Source: Candidatus Paceibacter sp.
Lineage (GTDB): Bacteria; Patescibacteriota; Minisyncoccia; UBA6257; 02-FULL-45-10c
Direction: 5' to 3'
Length of the DNA stretch: 64,000 nucleotides
Assembly (NCBI GenBank): GCA_020724845.1
Contig: DYGE01000002.1
Span: forward strand, 35,961 to 99,960
The first letter of the stretch is position 1, and each line of letters opens with the position of its first letter. Under the pieces are notes generated by a model. That model saw only the letters and a list, made by a program, of their open reading frames with translations, had not been told where the DNA came from and ran no database searches. Of this stretch, positions 30,021 to 37,975 are shown one piece after another. The translations under genes and the position numbers were made by a program.

Positions 30021-31349
30021 ATGACCAAAACGATATTTCTTACGATTTTTGAAGGAGCGGAGGCGCGAAATCTTTTGAGGACTTCGGTGGCGCCGACTTT
30101 GCTTGGCGATCCGGAAACGCGAATCGTGCTTTTTACAAAAAGCCCGGAGCGAGTTGAATATTATAAGAAGGAATTTAATGATCCGCGGCTGATTTACGAA
30201 GTGGTGACGCCGAAACCGGTGAGGGGGCTGGACAAAGTTTTTGCGTCTCTGAAGTTTTTTCTTCTAAAAACTGAAACAACAGACCTGCGACGTTCTTCCG
30301 GATTGAGCCGGTTTGCGAGCTGGCTTCTAGCGAGGCCTTGGGTAAGGAAAGCAGTTAGATTCCTGGATTACCATTTGGTCAGAAATAATGCCTATGCTGA
30401 ATATTTCGAAAAATACCAGCCCCAGGCCGTCTTATTGGCACATCTTTTTGATGAGCCGGAAATTCAGCTTCTGCGGGAAGCGAAGCGGCGCGGAGTGAAG
30501 ACGGTGGGATTCGTAAATTCCTGGGACAAAGTTACTGCTCGCTGTATCATGCGGCTTTTGCCGGATAAGGCGATTGTCTTCAACGATATAGTTAAGCGGG
30601 AAATGATGGATTATAACGACATGGATGAAAGAGATATCTTCGTGAGCGGGCTTCCGCAATATGATAGCTATTTTACGGATAACGATTATTCATCGCGCGA
30701 GGAATTTTTTAAAAAACCAGGCCTTGATCCCGCGAAAAAACTTATAGTATACGCCCCGCTGGGACGATCCTTCGGCGCTTCGGATTGGGATATTATTGAT
30801 TTGCTGTATCGCTTGAAGGACGAGAGGAAATTTAGCGCCGACGTTGAGATATTAGTTCGTTTTCAACCAAATGATTTTTTGGACGAATCAGAGCTGAAAA
30901 AGCGGCCGCATCTTGTTTATGATTATCCCGGCATTCGGTTTTCGGCTAAGCGCGGGGTAGATTGGGACATGAATGCCGATCATCTGAAGCATTTGCGCGA
31001 TACCCTTTATCATATGAATCTTTTAGTTTGCTACGCTTCCAGCATGAGTATTGATGCGTCAGTTTTTGACAAGCCGGTTATTAATATCAATTTTGAGCTC
31101 CGCAGGCCTAAATCTTTTGAAAAATCTTCCACTAAATATTATTCTTTCGCCCATTACAAGAAAGCGCTTCGAGCCGGCGGAATCCGGCTGGTGGGTAGCG
31201 AGGCGGAGCTGGTGGAGTGGGTGGGCAAGTATCTGCAGGATTCCTCCATTGACCGCGAAGGACGAAAAAAATTGGTAGCGGAACAGTGCCAGTTTACTGA
31301 CGGCAAATCAGGAGAGCGAATCGGAAAATTTATTCTTAGTTTGATGTAA
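30021..31349 (+). CDS. TagF-like GT-B transferase, paralog 4 of 4
   Basis: KKLIVYAPLGRSF (YAPT-type motif) and NLLVCYASSMSIDASVFDKPVININF. Confidence 0.6.
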   Translation: MTKTIFLTIFEGAEARNLLRTSVAPTLLGDPETRIVLFTKSPERVEYYKKEFNDPRLIYEVVTPKPVRGLDKVFASLKFFLLKTETTDLRRSSGLSRFASWLLARPWVRKAVRFLDYHLVRNNAYAEYFEKYQPQAVLLAHLFDEPEIQLLREAKRRGVKTVGFVNSWDKVTARCIMRLLPDKAIVFNDIVKREMMDYNDMDERDIFVSGLPQYDSYFTDNDYSSREEFFKKPGLDPAKKLIVYAPLGRSFGASDWDIIDLLYRLKDERKFSADVEILVRFQPNDFLDESELKKRPHLVYDYPGIRFSAKRGVDWDMNADHLKHLRDTLYHMNLLVCYASSMSIDASVFDKPVININFELRRPKSFEKSSTKYYSFAHYKKALRAGGIRLVGSEAELVEWVGKYLQDSSIDREGRKKLVAEQCQFTDGKSGERIGKFILSLM

Positions 31350-31351
31350 GT

Positions 31352-32347
31352 ATGAATAATCAAGAATTTAATTATAATGGGCAGAAACTGGAAAACATCC
31401 CTTGCAACCTGTGCGGGGAGGATAATTTTGCGATTATAGCCAGGCGTTCGGCTAACGGCCTGCCGGTAAATACTTGCCTCTGCAGAAACTGCGGCTTGAT
31501 TTATATAAATCCGCGAATGACCAAAGAAGGGTACGATGAATATTATAAATACCACTATCGCCATGATCGGGCGCTTGCCAAAGGAAAAGAAGATGCCGGA
31601 GGCGATCTGGAGAAAAATTTTTCGGCGGCCAGAAAATTCGGTTCGGCTTTAGCGGGTCGGTTAAGGGAATACCTTGGAAGCGGAATTACTCTGGATATTG
31701 GGTCCAGCACCGGAGGCGTTCTTCAAGGGCTGAAAGATGTTGTTCCGGATTTGGAAGTTGTCGGGGTTGAGCCGTCGGTCGCGGAGTCAGGATTTGCCAA
31801 CCAAAAAGGCATTAAAACCCATGTGTCTTTGTTTGAGAATCTCCCGCGAGAGACTATTGCTTCGGCTCAAAATATACTCTGCGTGCAAAGCTTGAATCAT
31901 TTGCTCGATCCAAGGAGTTTTTTCCAAAGGTGTTTTGACTATCTGGAGGAAGGCGGGCATTTAATCCTTTCGGTTAAGAATTTTCGCCATCAGGCAAGGC
32001 GGGCCGGATCTATTGAAGCCGGAGTTCAGATTGACCACCCCTACATGTTTACTCCGGAAACTTTGAAATTATTTGTAGAATCCATCGGATTCAGGGTCGT
32101 CTACTTGGATGTTGATGAAGGGAAGCCGCAGCGGGATCTGATACAGCAGAGAAAAGAGGGGCTAAGCCGCCACCATATTCGCTTGGTAGCGGAAAAGCCG
32201 AAAGGCAAAAAAATAGCGGTAGCCGAAGTTAGCCGTCCGGATATCTACAGGCAAATGCGCCGGCAATTCTCCAGGCCATATTTGAAGTTGTATTATTTGC
32301 TTTTTTATTCTCATCGGCTGGGGTTTTTGAGGAAGATTTTTCAATAA
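31352..32347 (+). CDS. SAM-dependent methyltransferase with N-terminal Cys4 zinc-ribbon (paralog of 15655..16692)
   Basis: CNLCGEDNF..(x)..CRNCGLIYINP ribbon, then LDIGSSTGG motif I. Confidence 0.65.
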   Translation: MNNQEFNYNGQKLENIPCNLCGEDNFAIIARRSANGLPVNTCLCRNCGLIYINPRMTKEGYDEYYKYHYRHDRALAKGKEDAGGDLEKNFSAARKFGSALAGRLREYLGSGITLDIGSSTGGVLQGLKDVVPDLEVVGVEPSVAESGFANQKGIKTHVSLFENLPRETIASAQNILCVQSLNHLLDPRSFFQRCFDYLEEGGHLILSVKNFRHQARRAGSIEAGVQIDHPYMFTPETLKLFVESIGFRVVYLDVDEGKPQRDLIQQRKEGLSRHHIRLVAEKPKGKKIAVAEVSRPDIYRQMRRQFSRPYLKLYYLLFYSHRLGFLRKIFQ

Positions 32348-32377
32348 CTTCCCATTCTCTTTATTTAGTATTCTTTT

Positions 32378-32523
32378 GAATACCAAAGCACCCTCTGTGC
32401 GGCAACTGACGGAATCCTGATTTGCTTGGTTCGCTTGCGAAAATCAGGATGAGACGTAAGCGGCGCTGATCGCAGGAATCAGCGAACGCTGGTGCCGGTA
32501 AGAGGGTGCTTTGGTGTTTATTC
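32378..32523 (+). repeat. Structured repeat, copy D (forward core)
   Basis: gaataccaaagcaccctct ... agagggtgctttggtgtttattc bounding IR. The core is identical to copy E and is the reverse complement of copy A's core. Confidence 0.9.
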
Positions 32524-32659
32524 TATAAATACACTTCCCGTGAAACTGAAATAGGGCGATTTTAGTTGTATATAAAGAGCGGCCTCGATAGCTTGCTCTA
32601 TTTATTAAAATACTGCAGAATAACAAGGCAATTTTATCCCGTTAGAGCTAACCACCATT

Positions 32660-33832
32660 ATGGCCATTAAAAAGAAAACTGAAAAGCGCAAAGTTTGTTT
32701 TCCGATAATGAACCGGGTTCATTATGCTCGCAATAAGAAGCTTCTAGGGATGCTTAATAAGCATCCGCAAGTGGAGCTTCAGCTGGTTGTCGGGGGATCG
32801 GTGCTTTTGGACAAATACGGGGAGCGTTTCCTGCCGGATATGCAAAAATCCGGGTTCACAGTCAATGAAGCGCTTTACAATGTGATTGACGGGGGAAGCC
32901 ATATTACTATGGCGAAGACTGCCGGCCTGACCGCTTTGGAATTCTCCAACTCTTTGCATAAATTAGATCCGGACATCGTGGTGATCCGCGGCGATCGTTT
33001 TGAGCAATTGGCGATTGCTATGGTGGCAGCTTATTTGAATAAAACCATCGCTCACATTGAAGGTGGCGATCTGACCGGCACCATTGACGAAAGCGTCCGG
33101 CACGCCATTACCAAACTTGCCCATATTCATTTTGTTACCAATGAGGATGCCAAAAAACGGGTCATTCAGATGGGAGAAGATCCGAAGCAAGTTTTCAATG
33201 TTGGGTCTCCGGATGTGGAATTCGCGGCTTCGGTAGATAAGAAATTAGATGGCAGCGTGGTTAACGAGGTTGGAGTCGGCGAAGAAATAAACTTAAATAA
33301 GCCATTTCTGATGGTAATGCAGCACCCGGTCACTACTGAAAAAAATAATAAGGAAAATATGGAATTGACCTTGAAATCAATTGATGAGCTTAATATGCCG
33401 ACTATTTGGTTTTGGCCGAACAGCGATGCCGGCACCAGCGAGATGTCAAAAGTAATCCGCTACTATCGGGAGTCCGGAAAGCTGAAGAATAATCAGATTA
33501 GGTTTGTAACCGATCTCCTTCCTGAAGATTTTATAGCTCTTCTGCGAAGAGCCAGGGTGCTGATAGGCAATTCGTCCGCCGGAATAAAAGAATGCTCTTA
33601 TCTTGGCGTTCCAGTGGTGAACATTGGCAGTAGGCAGAATAACCGTCTGCGCGGACCGAATGTGATGGATGTGAGCCATAATGCGGCGGCAATTAAGCGG
33701 GCGGTTCACGAACAGCTGGCTCGAGGGAAGTATCCGAGTTCGGACTTATATTACAAGCCAAACTGCAGCAAAGAAATGGTTAATATCTTAAATAGAGTTA
33801 CTCTTCATGCCCAAAAAAAGTTCCACTCCTAA
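32660..33832 (+). CDS. neuC: UDP-N-acetylglucosamine 2-epimerase (hydrolysing), NeuC-type
   Basis: VCFPIMNRVHYARNKKLLGML..LQLVVGGS.. and ..HIEGGDLTGTIDESVRHAITKLAHIHFV.. are NeuC/Epimerase_2 motifs. Length 390 aa. Confidence 0.85.
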   Translation: MAIKKKTEKRKVCFPIMNRVHYARNKKLLGMLNKHPQVELQLVVGGSVLLDKYGERFLPDMQKSGFTVNEALYNVIDGGSHITMAKTAGLTALEFSNSLHKLDPDIVVIRGDRFEQLAIAMVAAYLNKTIAHIEGGDLTGTIDESVRHAITKLAHIHFVTNEDAKKRVIQMGEDPKQVFNVGSPDVEFAASVDKKLDGSVVNEVGVGEEINLNKPFLMVMQHPVTTEKNNKENMELTLKSIDELNMPTIWFWPNSDAGTSEMSKVIRYYRESGKLKNNQIRFVTDLLPEDFIALLRRARVLIGNSSAGIKECSYLGVPVVNIGSRQNNRLRGPNVMDVSHNAAAIKRAVHEQLARGKYPSSDLYYKPNCSKEMVNILNRVTLHAQKKFHS

Positions 33833-34589
33833 GATACTTGGCATAGTTACCGCCCGCGGAGGTTCAAAAGGGATTCCCGGTAAAAATATTAAAATTTTAT
33901 CCGGAAAGCCGTTGATTGCTTATACTATTGAGGCGGCTAAAGAGTCCGGCGTTTTGGATCGCTTGATTTTATCCACCGATGATCAAAAAATTGCCGGCGT
34001 GGCCGAGGAATACGGATGCGAAGTTCCTTTTTTGCGGCCGGCGGAAATTGCCCAAGATACGACGGAGCACTTGCCGGTCGTTCGGCATGCTGTCCAATGG
34101 CTGAAAGACAAGGAGGGATATTATCCGGACTATGTGATGATTCTGCAGCCGACTTCGCCGCTTCGCCAGCCGTTTCACATAAAAGAATCGGTTGAGCTGA
34201 TTATTAAATCCGGCGCGGATTCGGTCTTAAGCGTTTCGGAAATTCCAGAAAATTTCAGCCCCTACAAGGCGATGGTGGTTGATAGAAATAACTTGCTTAA
34301 GCTCTTCAGCGGCGACCCGGTTAAAAACCGCACCGCCAGGCGGCAGGATCTCGGTACCGCTTACTGGAGCATCGGCTCAATTTACCTTTTTAAAACCGAC
34401 CTGCTTTTTAATTCCGAAGATCCTAACTTTTATGGCGAAAAAGTGGCGCCTTATATAGTTGATAAAAAATACGTAGTTGACATTAATGTTCCGGCGGACT
34501 GGGAAACGGCCGAAAGGGCCCTGAATGCCATGAATAAAGACAATCCGAGCGTTACGAACAGTTCGGAAAATTCGGATAAAATTTCGTAG
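33807..34589 (+). CDS. neuA: N-acylneuraminate cytidylyltransferase (CMP-nonulosonate synthetase)
   Basis: ILGIVTARGGSKGIPGKNIKILSGKPLIAYTIEAAKESGVLDRLILSTDD and ..ILQPTSPLR.. are CTP_transf_3 motifs. Confidence 0.85.
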   Translation: MPKKSSTPKILGIVTARGGSKGIPGKNIKILSGKPLIAYTIEAAKESGVLDRLILSTDDQKIAGVAEEYGCEVPFLRPAEIAQDTTEHLPVVRHAVQWLKDKEGYYPDYVMILQPTSPLRQPFHIKESVELIIKSGADSVLSVSEIPENFSPYKAMVVDRNNLLKLFSGDPVKNRTARRQDLGTAYWSIGSIYLFKTDLLFNSEDPNFYGEKVAPYIVDKKYVVDINVPADWETAERALNAMNKDNPSVTNSSENSDKIS

Positions 34590-34603
34590 TATTCGTATTA
34601 TCT

Positions 34604-35575
34604 ATGGTTATATTAATTACCGAATCAAAAGATTATTCCGAAAAAGCATTGGCGACCTATCGATCGCTGGGCGAGGTCATTTTTTTTGACGCCTTGCCAA
34701 GCGCGAAGAAAAGCAATGCCTTAGCTAAGGCGGACGTTTTGGTGGTCCGATTGAATCATAAAATTGCCGGCGATTGGATGGAAAAAATGCCGAATCTCAA
34801 GGCGATAGCTACGCCTACCACCGGCTTGAATCATATTGATCTTGAGGAAGCCAAAAGACGCGGGGTTAGGGTGGTATCTTTGCGGGGGCGAACCGGTTTC
34901 CTGAAATATATACCCTCTACCGCGGAGGAAACTTTGGCGCTAATGCTTTCTTTGGTTAGGAATATCCCCTGGGCTTTTGAGGATGTCAAAAAAGGCAATT
35001 GGAATCGGGATAGGTGGCGTGGCCGCCAGCTTGTCGGGAAGACTCTCGGGATTCTTGGTTGCGGAAGATTGGGCAAAATAGTAGCCAAATATGCCAAGGC
35101 GTTAGGTATGGAAGTTGTTGGGTCCGATCCGAATGTGGAAGCGAAAGTCATGAAACGCTACGGGATTCGAAAAGTAAGCGCAGAAAAGCTTTTTAAGGAA
35201 TCCGATATCGTTAGCTTACATGTATTATTGACTGACGATACTTATAATCTTATTAAAGAAAAGCATTTGCGATCTATGAAGCCGAGCAGTTTCTTGATAA
35301 ATACCGCTCGCGCCGAATTAATAGAAAAGGGCGCCCTTCTGAAAGCGCTTAAAAATAAGTGGCTGGCGGGCGCGGCGGTTGACGTCATGTGGGATGAAAC
35401 CGGAAAGTCCGCCAAGCATCTGCGCGACAATCCTCTGCTGGAATACGCGAAATCAAATCAGAACCTTCTTATCGTTCCCCATATCGGCGGAGCGACTCAT
35501 GAAGCCATGCAGGTTACCGAAAATTTCATTGCTGATTTAGTAAAAAATTATTTCAAGAAGCATGGCTCAAGATAA
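34604..35575 (+). CDS. D-isomer-specific 2-hydroxyacid dehydrogenase family protein (NAD-binding)
   Basis: GKTLGILGCGRLGKIVAKYAKALGMEVVGSDP Rossmann motif and a ..VPHIGGATHEA.. catalytic-region motif. Confidence 0.75.
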   Translation: MVILITESKDYSEKALATYRSLGEVIFFDALPSAKKSNALAKADVLVVRLNHKIAGDWMEKMPNLKAIATPTTGLNHIDLEEAKRRGVRVVSLRGRTGFLKYIPSTAEETLALMLSLVRNIPWAFEDVKKGNWNRDRWRGRQLVGKTLGILGCGRLGKIVAKYAKALGMEVVGSDPNVEAKVMKRYGIRKVSAEKLFKESDIVSLHVLLTDDTYNLIKEKHLRSMKPSSFLINTARAELIEKGALLKALKNKWLAGAAVDVMWDETGKSAKHLRDNPLLEYAKSNQNLLIVPHIGGATHEAMQVTENFIADLVKNYFKKHGSR

Positions 35576-36719
35576 TTCTCAAGAGATTTGGAAGAAAATC
35601 AGTTCGCCGGTCAGCGAAGGCGTTTTTATTATTGCCGAAATTGGAAAGAATTTTATCCAGACCCGGGATGAGCGGCCGGTTGAGGAATACTTGGAGAACG
35701 CCAAGAAATTGGTTGATGAGGCCGCGAAAGCGGGCGCGGACGCGGTTAAGTTTCAAACTCACAATGTTGAGGATGAACAGCTCAATATCAACGTCACCTC
35801 TCCGCACTTTAAGGGCAGCGACCGCTATAATTGGGTGGCTAGAAACACCGGGGCTACTCCAGTGGAAGGCTTCTGGAAGCCCCTGAAAGAGCATTGCGAA
35901 AAACGAGGGATTGTTTTCTTTTCCACGCCGATGAGCCGGGGATCGGCAAAAATTTTAAACGAACAAATTGGCGTTAGTCTTTGGAAAATCGGATCCGGAG
36001 ATATTTTAGATTTTGTGATGCTGGATTATCTTAGGAATACCGGCAAGCCGATTATTCTTTCTTCCGGCATGAGCACTCTGGAAGAGGTGGAGAAAACGGT
36101 AAAATTCCTGCGGGAGAAAAACAATCAGATTGTTCTTCTTCATTGTGTTTCAAAATATCCCTGCCCGCCTGAAGATTTGCATCTGCGCACCATTGATTTT
36201 TATAAAGAAAAATTTGACATGCCGATTGGTTTTTCAGACCATTCGATCGGCGTTGATTCGGCTTTGGTGGCGGTGGCAATGGGCGCCACGGTGATTGAAA
36301 AGCATTTCTCTCTTTCCCGTGACCTATGGGGTTCTGACCACAAAGTTTCGCTGACTCCCGAAGAGCTGGCCGATCTGGTGGCGGGCGTCCGGGAATTGGA
36401 AAATAATCCGCGAAAAAGGCAAGAATTGTTGAATAGCGATTTCGCGAAAAGAGGCATGGGCCAAAAAGAGAAGGTGCTTCAGGAGGGGGAGGCGGCTTTT
36501 CGTCCGCTGTTCAGGAAATCCCTGATGGCCGGCCAAGACATTTCTGCCGGGACGGTTCTTGCGGAGGAAATGATATATGCCATGCGTCCCCAGCAATACG
36601 CCGGCGGGTTGCCGTCGGAAAATTACGAATCCGTTCTTGGGAAAAAAACTAAGCAAGATTTAAAAAAATACGACCCGATTACTGAACTAACGCTTAGGAG
36701 AACAGAATACGAACTCTGA
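35562..36719 (+). CDS. neuB: Second NeuB-family nonulosonate synthase with SAF domain
   Basis: FIIAEIGKNFIQTRDERPVEEYLENAKKLVDEAAKAGADAVKFQTH, ..LLHCVSKYPCP.. and a SAF-like C-terminus; 385 aa. A paralog of 20800..21867. Confidence 0.85.
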   Translation: MAQDNSQEIWKKISSPVSEGVFIIAEIGKNFIQTRDERPVEEYLENAKKLVDEAAKAGADAVKFQTHNVEDEQLNINVTSPHFKGSDRYNWVARNTGATPVEGFWKPLKEHCEKRGIVFFSTPMSRGSAKILNEQIGVSLWKIGSGDILDFVMLDYLRNTGKPIILSSGMSTLEEVEKTVKFLREKNNQIVLLHCVSKYPCPPEDLHLRTIDFYKEKFDMPIGFSDHSIGVDSALVAVAMGATVIEKHFSLSRDLWGSDHKVSLTPEELADLVAGVRELENNPRKRQELLNSDFAKRGMGQKEKVLQEGEAAFRPLFRKSLMAGQDISAGTVLAEEMIYAMRPQQYAGGLPSENYESVLGKKTKQDLKKYDPITELTLRRTEYEL

Positions 36720-37025
36720 TTGAGTTTAGAAGCAAGAATTTGAGTTAAGTTTGCGAAGCGACGAGGAGATCGCGCCCATAGGCGCCTCTCCGAGAAGCGA
36801 CAAAGAAATTAACCAAATTCTTGCTTCCCTCCGGGTGAGTCAAAAAGACATCATTTTCTTCGTTAATCGTCGCTTATGTATCTAAAGATACACTACGCTC
36901 CTCTTGCCTTGAAACTGACATCTTTTTGACTCACTAAATCTAATCAAGGTTCGTATTCTGCTCTCCTAGTTACATTTGACCATTGGCGTAAGTTGTATAA
37001 AATGTAGTAATTACACACCATCATT

Positions 37026-37967
37026 ATGCAAAACGAATTAAAAATCGGAGTTGCCGGAGTCGGCTGGGTAGGAGGCCAGCTGGAAAGGTATTTTAGAGAA
37101 ATTAAAGGATATCAGACCGGCAAAAATCTTTTCCTTTACGATATTCTTCCGGAAAAATGCTCCGGCAGCATCGGAGAAGCTGATATTATTTTTGTTACCT
37201 TGCCAACTCCGCGCGATTCGCAGACCGGAGCTTGTGATACATCCATCATCGCTGATGCGATGAAAAAAATTGACCAATTATCTAATGGACAGGAGAAGGT
37301 CATCGTTATCAAGTCCACTGTCCCCCCGGGCACCACGGAAAGTTTTCAAAAGCAATATCCTCATCATAAATTTTTATTCAATCCTGAATTCTTGAGCGAA
37401 AAAACGGCCTGGCACGATATGATGAAGCCGGATCGCCAAATAGTCGGATTTACTGAAAATGGCTTTGAAGCCGCCCAACTAGTGCTTTCTTTACTGCCGA
37501 AAGCTCCGTTTATGTCTCCCTGGGGGATCGGTACTTATCAGCATACCAGGATTACCGCCACGGAAGCGGAATTCATCAAATATGCCGGCAATGTCTATTT
37601 TGTGAGAAAGGTAAATTGGGCGAATGCTCTGGCGAGAGCTGCCGAAAAACTTGGCGTAGACTATGAAAACATCCGCAAGGGAATGTCGGCGGATCATCGC
37701 ATTGGCGATTCCCATCTGGATGTCGCTCATGGGGGATATAAAGGCTGGGGCGGATATTGTTTCCCCAAAGACCTGGATGCTTTTATTCAGTTTGCAAAGA
37801 TTTCCGATTTGGAAGATATGGCGACCATGCTGACCGCGGACAGAAATTTTAATGAAGCGTTGTTGAATGAGCAGGGCCTGACTTTGGCGGATGTCAGTAT
37901 GCATATTGATAAACTTGCCGAGAAGCTGAAATTGCTGCAAGATAAGAAGAGTCAGAATACGAATTAG
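37026..37967 (+). CDS. Nucleotide-sugar dehydrogenase family protein (UDP-glucose/GDP-mannose dehydrogenase-like), short form
   Basis: IGVAGVGWVGGQ N-terminal Rossmann and GGYCFPKDL (UDPG_MGDP_dh GGxCFPKD motif). At 313 aa it is shorter than canonical Ugd and seems to lack the C-terminal UDP-binding domain. Confidence 0.5.
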   Translation: MQNELKIGVAGVGWVGGQLERYFREIKGYQTGKNLFLYDILPEKCSGSIGEADIIFVTLPTPRDSQTGACDTSIIADAMKKIDQLSNGQEKVIVIKSTVPPGTTESFQKQYPHHKFLFNPEFLSEKTAWHDMMKPDRQIVGFTENGFEAAQLVLSLLPKAPFMSPWGIGTYQHTRITATEAEFIKYAGNVYFVRKVNWANALARAAEKLGVDYENIRKGMSADHRIGDSHLDVAHGGYKGWGGYCFPKDLDAFIQFAKISDLEDMATMLTADRNFNEALLNEQGLTLADVSMHIDKLAEKLKLLQDKKSQNTN

Positions 37968-37975
37968 AAGACGAA

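Noticed and set aside
32420-32460. tRNA-like T-arm (GGTTCGCTTGCGAA) inside the repeat.
   Set aside because: It is the inner hairpin of the repeat, and its sequence covaries between copies. No acceptor or anticodon arms are present, and no tRNA genes were recognised in the window.
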